The position numbers and the translations under genes are program-made. The notes under the pieces are model-generated. The model ran no database searches and was not told the origin of the DNA. It worked only from the letters and a program-made list of their open reading frames with translations. From Actinomycetes bacterium (GTDB taxonomy: Bacteria > Actinomycetota > Acidimicrobiia > Acidimicrobiales > GCA-2861595): a DNA stretch of 64,000 bases. This document shows, piece after piece, positions 48,130 through 56,288 of this stretch. Location: NCBI GenBank assembly GCA_023264975.1, contig JAHFUS010000001.1:61113-125112 (forward strand). Direction: 5' to 3'. The number at the start of each line of letters is the position of its first letter. Position 1 is the first letter of the stretch.

Positions 48130-49769
48130 CGACCCACGGGGGACACGGCCGGCGGGTGTGCAGGCGTGCGCTTTTGCAGCCCGTGCGTGGTCTTCTCCCA
48201 ATAGGAGGGGCTGATGACCAGCTGGAGGATCGCCTTGGCGACGCCGATCCCCATCATCATCCAGTAGGCGGGAGCGAGGATGGCCGCCACCAGGAGGTCG
48301 GACCGCTTGGTGAGGCGGGTGGCGACGATCCACAGGTACGCGATGGTGAAGTTGCCGATGGCCCAGCACGTGAGGCCCAGGTAGAAGACCGGCGCCGGGA
48401 ACAGCTCGTGGAGGATCGGCGGCTTCATCACGAACCACAGCACGGTGAGGAGCCAGAAGACGGGGTTCAGCGCAGCGAGCACGGGCGTTCCGCCCACGAA
48501 GAGGTTGAAGCGGAGGAAGCCTTTCGGGCCGAGCTCGCGCCACAGCTGTCGGGGCCGGCGCATGTGCACCATCCACGTCTGGAGGTATCCCTTGAACCAC
48601 CGGGACCGCTGCTTCACCCAGTTGACGAAGTCGCTGTTCGCCTCCTCGAGGGTGACCGACTCCACGACCCTTGTGCGATAGCCCTGCCGGTGCATGCGGA
48701 CGCCCAGGTCGGCGTCCTCGGTGACGTTGTAAGGGTCCCAGGCGGCCAGTTCCTGGAGTACCGAGCGCCGGAAGTGGTTCGACGTGCCGCCGAGGGGAAC
48801 GGCCGCACCGCTGGCCACCAGGCCCGGCAGGAACAGCGAGAACCACATCGCGTACTCGAGGGTGAACCACCGGGTGAGGAGGTTCTGCCTCACGTTGGCG
48901 AAGGACAGCTGGGCCTGGATGCAGGCCACGTCGTCGCCGTGGCGGGAGAAGACGACCGCCGCCCGCCGGAGCTGCATCGGCTCAGGGACGTCCTCGGCGT
49001 CGTAGACCGTGACGATGTCGCCGGTGGCCAGTTGCAGCCCGTAGTTCAGCGCCTTCGGCTTCGTCCGCGGCTCGGCTGCCGGCACCAGCACGATGTCGAC
49101 CGGTACCGGCAGGTCCACCGCTGTGGCGGCCGCGATGGTGGCCTCGTCGTCGCTCTCGAGCAGGAGCTTCACGTCGAGCTTGTTCGACGGGTACTCGAGC
49201 CCGCCGATGGCGCGGAGGAGGTGCTGGATCACCTCGGGCTCGTGGTAGGCGGGCACCAGCACGGAGAAGACCGGCAGCTCGTCGTCGGGCACGGCCCGTG
49301 CGTCCTCGTCGCTCACCACGTCGACGGCCGCCTCGTCCATCGAACGGACGTACAGGAGCACCCGGTCGATGATCGTGGCCGCGTACACGACGGTGATGAG
49401 GGCGATCCACCCGATCGCCGTGGCCACCGGCCACCGGACGGCGAGCAGCACGTTCACGGCGGCGAAGGTCGCGGCGCCCAGGGCGTGGGTACGGAGGACG
49501 AGCTGCTTGGACGACTGCGCTGTCATCCGCGTCGCCAGCCCGTCGACCGCCTCGGCGAGGAGCACCGAGTCGTCCCGGCCCGTCGACACGACCATCGGCC
49601 GCTCAGACTTCACCGGGCCGGTCCGGAAACGGTTCGCACGCAGCTTCGACAGCAGCGAGAGCTGGAGCGAACGGTGGACGTGCTCCAGCTCGGCCAGGTC
49701 GTCGCCGACCTCGTCGAGAGCGTGGGTCAGCCGCCGCTCGGCGATGTCAGCCGGAGGGTCGACGGTCAC
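48126..49769 (-). CDS. Processive membrane GT2 beta-glycan synthase (cellulose-synthase-like superfamily)
   Basis: N-terminal TMs, VLVPAYHEPEVI, LLLESDD, YDAED, VTEDADLG (TED) and QRSRWFKG (QxxRW), followed by 4 C-terminal TMs. Confidence 0.8.
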   Translation of the reverse strand: MTVDPPADIAERRLTHALDEVGDDLAELEHVHRSLQLSLLSKLRANRFRTGPVKSERPMVVSTGRDDSVLLAEAVDGLATRMTAQSSKQLVLRTHALGAATFAAVNVLLAVRWPVATAIGWIALITVVYAATIIDRVLLYVRSMDEAAVDVVSDEDARAVPDDELPVFSVLVPAYHEPEVIQHLLRAIGGLEYPSNKLDVKLLLESDDEATIAAATAVDLPVPVDIVLVPAAEPRTKPKALNYGLQLATGDIVTVYDAEDVPEPMQLRRAAVVFSRHGDDVACIQAQLSFANVRQNLLTRWFTLEYAMWFSLFLPGLVASGAAVPLGGTSNHFRRSVLQELAAWDPYNVTEDADLGVRMHRQGYRTRVVESVTLEEANSDFVNWVKQRSRWFKGYLQTWMVHMRRPRQLWRELGPKGFLRFNLFVGGTPVLAALNPVFWLLTVLWFVMKPPILHELFPAPVFYLGLTCWAIGNFTIAYLWIVATRLTKRSDLLVAAILAPAYWMMMGIGVAKAILQLVISPSYWEKTTHGLQKRTPAHPPAVSPVGR

Positions 49770-49869
49770 GATCCCGATGGAAACATCGTCGGTCGGCGCG
49801 ACCGTGAACGGGGCGTGGCGCCAGGTACACCACTCGGCGAACCGCCGGGGGCTCCGTGCTTCGTGGTCA

Positions 49870-51693
49870 TCACGAGGTGGCGGTGACCACGGTGGTGGCG
49901 TTGCCCGGCTTGATCACCCTCGGGGAGGGGACGTAATTGTTCTCCACCGGGAGCGAAGTGCCGGGCTGCACCAGCGCCTGGTTCTTCACCACGCCGCGGG
50001 CGAACTCGACGAGGAACGACCGGGCCCCGACCAGCTTGCGGTCCACCGGGTCGGCGGGGACGAGACCGCTGCCGCCGCTGTGGATCCCGGCTTCGCTGCC
50101 CTCGGGGAACGTCGTCGTCACCGAGCTCTGGATGTAGAGCACCACCCGCTCGTAGCGGGTCGCCTCCTCACCGGCTCGGACCGGCCAGATCCAGTAGACG
50201 ACCGTCCAGTCCTGCTTCTCCTTGCTGTTGTAGAAGGACAGGGCCTGGGCGGTCACCCCGGCGCCGACCTCGACGGAGGCGATGTCCTTCAGCGTGTACC
50301 CGTGGAAGCGGTAACAGGCCTCGATGCCGTAGGCCGAGAAGCTGCGAAGGTTGGAGGTGGAGATGACGTCGGCCGTCACGGCCTGGCTCGACTGCAGGGC
50401 CACCTCCTGGCCGGCGCCGGGGAACATCACGTACCGGAGCCACGTGGAGCTGTTCCCGAAGTAGGGCCTGGCCCACTCGTACTCGTCGGACTTCTGGGCC
50501 CGCCAGCCGTCCGGCGTGGCAGGGAAGGCGGAGAAGGAAGCCAGCTTCGGCGTGCCGAGCGCGTTGGCCACCAGGTCGTAGGAGCGGAGATCCGCGTTCC
50601 CGAACGCCAGCGTCGCCCCGAGCACGGTCACGAGGCCGAGGGCGAGGCCGACCTTGGGCACGGCGAGGCGGGTGGCCGCCCCGAACACCCCCTTGCGTGA
50701 CTCGGACGGTTCACCGGTGTCGTCGTCGTCGCCACCACCCCAGATGGCGCCGTTGATCGACAGGCCGATCGGCCTGAGCACGAGCAGCATCCCGACGATG
50801 CCGATGTTGAACGTGATCAGGCCGACAAAAGGATGGAAGACGTCGATGGCGACGCTCTCCCCCCACTGCTTGCCCACCCAGAAGATGAACAGGATGCGCA
50901 CGAGATTGAGGGCCCAGAGCAGGAACATCCCGCCGACCAACCACGCGGCCTTGCGGATCCTCGGCCCCCGCACGATCACGCCGAAGGCCGTCCCGACCAA
51001 AAGGAAGCCCACCATGCCGTTCACGCCTGAACAGGCCGAGACCACACTGATCTGGAACGCGTCGCCGGCGTGGACGATCTGGAAGAGCGACCCGCCGGCG
51101 ATGGGCACGACCTCGGCGATCGGCACCACGCGGAGCAGGGCTTTCAGGCCGGCCAGCGTGAGGCCCGTGAACCCGTCGAGGAAACGGAGCAGGAACAGGT
51201 TGTACGGGACCGGCCAGGCGAGGAACAAGAAGGCGATGGCGAAGCCCTGCCGCCACATGGTCCTGATGCCGAACACGGTGCACACCGCGCCGGCCACGAA
51301 GAACGGCAGGGAGAACAGGTCGATACGCCACACCCAGAACATCGTCGAGAGGCGGTGCGGGAAGACCACGTTGATGCCCAGGGCCACGAGCAGCAGCGGC
51401 AGGCCGACGATGTAGTCCAGCTGCCGGTCGTGGATGGGGAGATGGGGCGGGGCCGTACGTGCGCGCACGGCGGCGAGCACCAGCGCGATCGCAGGCACCA
51501 GTCCGACGTACGCCAGCGGCGTCTCCAGGCCCAGCGTCTGGAGGAGGCTCAGGAGCGAGTAGTGGTAGGCGAGGAGCACCATGGCGAGCACGGTGGCGAC
51601 CCGCGCCATGCTCCGGGTGCGCTCGGGAAGTCGTCGAAACCGGTCACGTGCCCCGCCGAATGGGTCGCGCGTCGAAATCGTAGTGGCCGTCAT
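49870..51693 (-). CDS. Exosortase/archaeosortase-family transpeptidase fused to an EpsI-like extracytoplasmic domain
   Basis: Eight TM helices with the family's Cys/Arg/His triad contexts: ISVVSACSGVNGMVGF, ALNLVRILFIF and DVFHPFVGL. A further TM follows, then about 270 aa (..FPATPDGW.., ..FSAYGIEACYRFHGY.., DWTVVYWIW) resembling EpsI. Confidence 0.7.
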   Translation of the reverse strand: MTATTISTRDPFGGARDRFRRLPERTRSMARVATVLAMVLLAYHYSLLSLLQTLGLETPLAYVGLVPAIALVLAAVRARTAPPHLPIHDRQLDYIVGLPLLLVALGINVVFPHRLSTMFWVWRIDLFSLPFFVAGAVCTVFGIRTMWRQGFAIAFLFLAWPVPYNLFLLRFLDGFTGLTLAGLKALLRVVPIAEVVPIAGGSLFQIVHAGDAFQISVVSACSGVNGMVGFLLVGTAFGVIVRGPRIRKAAWLVGGMFLLWALNLVRILFIFWVGKQWGESVAIDVFHPFVGLITFNIGIVGMLLVLRPIGLSINGAIWGGGDDDDTGEPSESRKGVFGAATRLAVPKVGLALGLVTVLGATLAFGNADLRSYDLVANALGTPKLASFSAFPATPDGWRAQKSDEYEWARPYFGNSSTWLRYVMFPGAGQEVALQSSQAVTADVISTSNLRSFSAYGIEACYRFHGYTLKDIASVEVGAGVTAQALSFYNSKEKQDWTVVYWIWPVRAGEEATRYERVVLYIQSSVTTTFPEGSEAGIHSGGSGLVPADPVDRKLVGARSFLVEFARGVVKNQALVQPGTSLPVENNYVPSPRVIKPGNATTVVTATS

Positions 51694-51856
51694 GCGGCCC
51701 GACTCGTCATGGGGGCCATTCGAACACGGTCCCCGCCGAAAGGCGACTGCCCAAAGGGCTTCGCGGAACCTGTTTGCCGTCCGGACACTTTCCGTTTGCC
51801 GAACAGCCCCTTCACGGTGACCCGGGCGACAAACGACGGACCTACGGTGGCCCGCA

Positions 51857-52621
51857 GTGCCGAATAGCCCTGCTTCACACCGGCCGCCGATCCTTCGGGA
51901 CGGGCCCCGGCCGGCCTATGACACCGCTGCCGTCGACGCCTGGGTGGCGACCATGCGCGAGCGTGCATCGACGCTGCGGGCGTCGGTCGACGCAGCGTCG
52001 AGCGTCATCGGCCAGGTGCGCGAGCAGCTTCGCCTGATCGCCGGAGCCGAGGACCGGATCACCACGATCGCGTCACGGGCGTGCGCCGATGCCGCCGCTG
52101 ACCACTGCGTGCGAGCGACCATCGCAGAGGCGCAGGCGGGCGCTCTCGGGGTCATCGGGGCGATGCGCTCCCAACTGGCCGACGCATACCGCGCAGCAGC
52201 ATCGCAACGCGCACGCGCCCACCCGGCCGAGGCAAGGTCCGGGCAGCCGGCCGGTCCTCTGGCGGGCCAGGTGTTCTGCGCCCGCCCGGCCTACTCGTGC
52301 CGTGACGCAGAGCACTTCATGCGGGCGGAACGCACGCTGGTCGACCGCCTGGTCGGCCGGGCCGTCGACCAAGCGGCGCTGGCCGACGCCGTTCTCGACC
52401 GCCTCTCAGCACTGCCCGAGACGACCGATGCCCGCCCAGCGCAGGGCCCGAGCGTTGAGGACGCGTCCCGACAGGAGCCGCTGCCGGAGCCCCTCGATGC
52501 GCGCGGCATCGTGGTCGTCGCCCACGAGGTCGTCGTCGAGGCGTACGCACTGGCCGAGCGCCATCTCCTCGGGATGCAGGTCGCCGCCGGCGGTTCCCTC
52601 GACGCCGAGCGATCTGCGTGA
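51857..52621 (+). CDS. Hypothetical protein with N-terminal DivIVA-like motif
   Basis: RPAYDTAAVDAWVATM resembles the RGYDxxxVDxF(L/V) motif of DivIVA-domain proteins. The rest is Ala/Arg-rich and helical. GTG start. Confidence 0.4.
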   Translation: MPNSPASHRPPILRDGPRPAYDTAAVDAWVATMRERASTLRASVDAASSVIGQVREQLRLIAGAEDRITTIASRACADAAADHCVRATIAEAQAGALGVIGAMRSQLADAYRAAASQRARAHPAEARSGQPAGPLAGQVFCARPAYSCRDAEHFMRAERTLVDRLVGRAVDQAALADAVLDRLSALPETTDARPAQGPSVEDASRQEPLPEPLDARGIVVVAHEVVVEAYALAERHLLGMQVAAGGSLDAERSA

Positions 52622-52935
52622 GGGCGGCGGTGAGCCTGGCCCCGGAGGACGACGAGAACACGCCGCGCCCTCCAAGCCCAGTGCCGATGTACCCGGCCGA
52701 CCTCGTCGAGGCAGTGGTGACCGGGCTGGAGGACGAGTTGCGGGCCGTCCGGGAGGAACTCGCTACCGCTGTAGCGCGTCTGGATGCGCTGACCACTCCG
52801 GGCGCTCAGGCGCCCACCGAGATCGCCGCCGGCGGGGATCCCTTCACGGCGTTTCTCGACGATCTCCACGACCGCGACGAGCCGTCGCCGCCCACCCGAC
52901 GACCCGGACATGACCCTGCCGGAAACGCCGGGTGA
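52618..52935 (+). CDS. Hypothetical small acidic coiled-coil protein
   Basis: GTGA overlap with the preceding ORF. VVTGLEDELRAVREELATAVARLDAL. No recognised family. Confidence 0.35.
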   Translation: MRAAVSLAPEDDENTPRPPSPVPMYPADLVEAVVTGLEDELRAVREELATAVARLDALTTPGAQAPTEIAAGGDPFTAFLDDLHDRDEPSPPTRRPGHDPAGNAG

Positions 52936-53056
52936 CCGATCAGGAAACGTTGTCACTGCTCTATATCCCCGGCCCGAACCACTCGTCATACTCGCAAAGT
53001 CTCCGCCGTGCTGCGTCGCAGGCCGGCAACAAACCGAAAGGAACAGAACCTCACCC

Positions 53057-54337
53057 ATGGTGAAATCTCGATTCAGGAAGGGTGCGAAGCTGGCTGGAAT
53101 CGCCGCGGTCTCGACCGTCGTCTTTTCCCTCAACAGCTTCGCTCCCACGCCGGTCTCGGCGGACCCGATCTCGCGCTTCGCGTTCGTCGGCGTAGGGTCG
53201 GACACCACCCAGGACGTCACCAACGGCCTGTCCGGCATCGCGCCCTACCCGATCGGGGCGGCCGGTGGCACGCCCAAGGGGTACAACCCCCTGGTCAGCA
53301 GTTCAGCAACGGGTACCAAGGGCATCGTCTCCTGGGACGCCTTCGACGCCAGCACGACCCCCACGGCATGCATCACACCAAAGTCGGGTTTCCCCGCGGT
53401 CGACCGCCCCAACGGCTCGGGCGACGGCCAGAAGGCGCTGAGCCGCTCCATCGACGGCGGTGCTTGGACCAAGGGCCTGGGTTGCAATGCCTCGGCTGGG
53501 AACCTGACCGGCGCCATCGACTTCGCCCGGTCGTCATCCGGCCCTCCGTCGACGTTCCCCGGCACCGCGCTGACGTACATCCCGTTCGCGCGTGACGCCA
53601 TCACCTACGCCTACATTGCCCACCCGGGCGCAGACGTCACGGCATTGACCTCGGCCGAGCTGAAGACCCTGTTCGGTACCGCCAACGTTTCAACCTCGGG
53701 TCGGATCGCCAACTTCCGGGGCACGGGGCACACGCTGATCGCGTGCGCCGTGCAGATCAACTCCGGCATGGGCAAGTCCTTCGACAAGGCACTCGGGAAC
53801 AACGGCACCGGCGCGACCGCAAACGCCTCCGGGGTCGCCTCGGGTTGCAACAACACGGCCGGCAGTCCCGCCGGTGGCGTGTACGAGGAGAATACGTACG
53901 ACGGCTGGACCAGCCCGTTCCTGAGCGCGCTGTCGCCTACCGAAGACGCGGTCATCGCGTTCTCGGCTGCCAGCTGGATCTCCCAGGCCAACGGCACCGG
54001 CCTCGACCGCTCCGCCAGCGGCCGCAGTGGCGGCGACAAGCTCGGTTCCATCGACGGCGTCGCGGCGATCACAGGCACCGCGCCGAACGAGGCTCCCAAC
54101 GACGCGTACTACGCGAACACCACCTACGGCCGCGATGTCTACGTGGTGGTTCAGACCTCCCGGGTCCCGGCCATCGGCGGCGACGCCGGCCTGAAGAGCG
54201 TATTCCGAGGTGCCGGTGCAGCCATCTGCTCGGCCGCCAACCAATTGACCATCAACAAGTTCGGGTTCTCCTCGGCCACCGCCAAGCCCTGTGGGACCAC
54301 AGGCGACGCAACGCTCCAGTCGGGCCTCGTCTCATGA
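53057..54337 (+). CDS. Secreted PstS-family-like (PBP type 2) substrate-binding protein, divergent ligand site
   Basis: Signal peptide MVKSRFRKGAKLAGIAAVSTVVFSLNSFAPTPVSA. FVGVGSDTTQD, RPNGSGDGQKAL and IDFARSSSGP parallel the PstS motifs GAGATF / GSGGG / DFGASD but with substitutions. Confidence 0.6.
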   Translation: MVKSRFRKGAKLAGIAAVSTVVFSLNSFAPTPVSADPISRFAFVGVGSDTTQDVTNGLSGIAPYPIGAAGGTPKGYNPLVSSSATGTKGIVSWDAFDASTTPTACITPKSGFPAVDRPNGSGDGQKALSRSIDGGAWTKGLGCNASAGNLTGAIDFARSSSGPPSTFPGTALTYIPFARDAITYAYIAHPGADVTALTSAELKTLFGTANVSTSGRIANFRGTGHTLIACAVQINSGMGKSFDKALGNNGTGATANASGVASGCNNTAGSPAGGVYEENTYDGWTSPFLSALSPTEDAVIAFSAASWISQANGTGLDRSASGRSGGDKLGSIDGVAAITGTAPNEAPNDAYYANTTYGRDVYVVVQTSRVPAIGGDAGLKSVFRGAGAAICSAANQLTINKFGFSSATAKPCGTTGDATLQSGLVS

Positions 54338-55125
54338 CGACGGCCTCCACGCTCACCGCTCCCACCCACAGAAAGGACCCCCTCGTGAAGCACCGGACCC
54401 GCGGAGCAGTGTTCGCAGGTATCGCAGCGGCAACCGCACTCATGGGTACGTCAACGGCCTGGGCGGCGGGAACCGATGCCGGCCTCGCCCTCATCGTCAA
54501 CCCGGCCAATCAGACCGTCAACATCAACAGCGGGGGGTCGCAGACGGTGTGGACGCTCAAGCTCCCGACGGGAGCCGCGTGCTCGGCCGACACGGCCGGG
54601 AACCAGTACCTCATCCAGAGCTACCTGGTCGACGCCGCCGCCAACCCCGATCCCGGCCTTCTGACCTTCAACTCGGAAGGCCCGATCGGCACTGGCACGG
54701 TGTTCCCGCTCTTCGATGCCACCGGTAGCCCGTACATCAGCCAGGCCACCGAGAACACCACCGGCGCCATCCGCAACATCCCCGGATTCGACCTGAACAT
54801 CTTCAGCATCGACGCCCGGACCACTCCGAGGAACCCGGAGGGCACCCTCACGCTGCCGGCCGGCACCTACAACCTCGGCATCGCCTGCTCCAAGCCTGGC
54901 CCCGGCGGCATCAGCGCCGGCGACAAGTTCTGGAACACCAAGATCGTCGTCTCGGCCAACGGGACCGACGTGAACGGTGAGACCTGGCAGACGCAGCCGT
55001 TCCCGCAGGTGCCCGAGATCCCCCTGTCGATCCTGCTGCCGCTGAGTGCGGCGGCCGTGCTGGGCACCGGCGTCCTGGTGTCGAAGCGGAAGCGGTCGAA
55101 CCGGGGGGCGCTGGCCACCGCCTAG
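54334..55125 (+). CDS. Secreted surface protein, paralogue A, with PEP-CTERM-like tail (VPEIP-TM-KRKR)
   Basis: ATGA overlap with the upstream gene. Signal peptide ..TALMGTSTAWA. Unknown beta-rich domain. The tail is QPFPQVPEIPLSILLPLSAAAVLGTGVLVSKRKRSNRGALATA. Confidence 0.75.
   Translation: MTTASTLTAPTHRKDPLVKHRTRGAVFAGIAAATALMGTSTAWAAGTDAGLALIVNPANQTVNINSGGSQTVWTLKLPTGAACSADTAGNQYLIQSYLVDAAANPDPGLLTFNSEGPIGTGTVFPLFDATGSPYISQATENTTGAIRNIPGFDLNIFSIDARTTPRNPEGTLTLPAGTYNLGIACSKPGPGGISAGDKFWNTKIVVSANGTDVNGETWQTQPFPQVPEIPLSILLPLSAAAVLGTGVLVSKRKRSNRGALATA
54480..54990. repeat. Tandem gene duplication, copy 1 (core of paralogue A)
   Basis: Near-identical at nucleotide level to 55344..55854 (offset 864 nt). 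For example, aaccccgatcccggccttctgaccttcaactcgga is shared, and the identity continues with scattered mismatches for roughly another 60 nt. Confidence 0.85.
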
Positions 55126-55144
55126 CCGCAGCCCCCAGAGAACG

Positions 55145-55190
55145 GAGCGGTCGGGGTGCCCCGCCAGGCACCCCGACCGCTCTTGCATTT
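55145..55190 (+). terminator. Intrinsic-terminator-like hairpin between paralogues A and B
   Basis: Perfect 16-bp stem GAGCGGTCGGGGTGCC-ccgcca-GGCACCCCGACCGCTC followed by TTGCATTTGT. It begins 20 nt after the stop of A. Confidence 0.6.
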
Positions 55191-55218
55191 GTCGAAGACG
55201 AGCGAGAGGACCTGGTTC

Positions 55219-56271
55219 ATGGACGGAGCAAAGCGCAGGGCCGCGCCAGGCGTGGCACGGAGGATCGGCCTTGCCACTGCGGTCCTGACCGCAGCCTGGT
55301 TGGCGATCTACACCACGTCGGTGCTCGCCGCCGGCGCCAACGCCGGGGTTGCCTCGATCGTGGTGCCCACCAACCAGTCCGTCGTCATATCCAGCGGCGG
55401 GTCGCAGACCGTGTGGGCGCTCAAGCTCCCGACAGGAGCGGCGTGCTCGGCTGACACGGCCGGCAGCCAGTACCTGATCCAGGGCTATCTGGTGAACGCC
55501 GGCGCCAACCCCGATCCCGGCCTTCTGACCTTCAACTCGGAGGGCCCGATCGGCACTGGCACGGTGTTCCCGCTCTTCGACGCCACCGGTAGCCCGTACA
55601 TCAGCAAGCCCACGGAGAACACCACGGGCGCCATCCGCAACATCCCCGGATTCGACCTGAACATCTTCAGCATCGACGGCCGGACCACGGTGAGGAACCC
55701 GGAGGGCACGCTGGTCCTGCCGGCCGGCACCTACAACATCGGGATCGCCTGCTCAAAGCCCGGGCCCGGCGGCATCAGCACCGGTGACAAGTTCTGGAAC
55801 ACGACGCTCACCGTGGTCGCGGCAACGGGCGACGTCAACGGGCTCACCTGGACCGGCCCGACCACCACCACGTCGTCGAGCTCGTCGTCCACCTCGTCCT
55901 CCACATCGTCGAGCTCGACCTCCAGCTCGACGTCGACCTCGACCTCCAGCTCGACGTCGACCTCCAGCTCGTCCTCGACGAGCACGTCCACGAGCAGCAC
56001 CACGACGAGCACGGCGCCCGGCGCCACCACCACGACGACCTCCGGCTCGGCGAGCGGCGCCGCCGTACTCGGGACGACGTCTTCAGGCGGCGGTGGCACC
56101 GCCGCGTCGTCGGGTACCCAGACGCTGCCCCGCACGGGAACGTCGCCGGCACGCCGCCTCTTCATCGCGACGGGGCTCCTCTACCTCGGGTACGTCGTGA
56201 TCCTCGTCGCCCGCCGCCGCCGGCCGGGAACCATCGCCCACCTGCTCGAGCAGTCCGAGCGCGGTCACTGA
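55219..56271 (+). CDS. Secreted surface protein, paralogue B, with Ser/Thr-rich stalk and LPXTG-like tail (LPRTG-TM-RRRR)
   Basis: Same core domain as A. It continues with TTTTSSSSSSTSSSTSSSSTSSSTSTSTSSS.., then GTQTLPRTGTSPARRLFIATGLLYLGYVVILVARRRRPG... SD GAGAGGA. Confidence 0.8.
   Translation: MDGAKRRAAPGVARRIGLATAVLTAAWLAIYTTSVLAAGANAGVASIVVPTNQSVVISSGGSQTVWALKLPTGAACSADTAGSQYLIQGYLVNAGANPDPGLLTFNSEGPIGTGTVFPLFDATGSPYISKPTENTTGAIRNIPGFDLNIFSIDGRTTVRNPEGTLVLPAGTYNIGIACSKPGPGGISTGDKFWNTTLTVVAATGDVNGLTWTGPTTTTSSSSSSTSSSTSSSSTSSSTSTSTSSSTSTSSSSSTSTSTSSTTTSTAPGATTTTTSGSASGAAVLGTTSSGGGGTAASSGTQTLPRTGTSPARRLFIATGLLYLGYVVILVARRRRPGTIAHLLEQSERGH
55344..55854. repeat. Tandem gene duplication, copy 2 (core of paralogue B)
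   Basis: See 54480..54990. Confidence 0.85.
55861..56050. repeat. Low-complexity Ser/Thr-coding repeat tract
   Basis: Reiterated tccagctcgacgtcgacc / acctcgtcc units. The antisense frames give the artefactual acidic ORF 55731..56165. Confidence 0.8.
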
Positions 56272-56288
56272 GAAGCGCCGGTAGCACA

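Noticed and set aside
48130-48870. Upstream extension of ORF 46384..48870
   Set aside because: It overlaps the GT2 synthase gene in another frame. The ATG at 48129 with an ATGA stop/start overlap gives a sensible GT-C N-terminus.
52936-53056. Possible PHO box upstream of the PBP-like gene (GTCAC at 52952 and GTCAT at 52985, 33 nt apart)
   Set aside because: There are only two weak cores lacking the GTTCA form, and the intervening 11-nt units have no core. This is not convincing compared with the sites at 31474 and 38172.
55731-56165. 144-aa acidic (Asp/Glu/Val-rich) minus-strand ORF, plus 55784..56200 and 55844..56152
   Set aside because: These are mirror images of the Ser/Thr-coding repeat of paralogue B. 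They are low-complexity artefacts.
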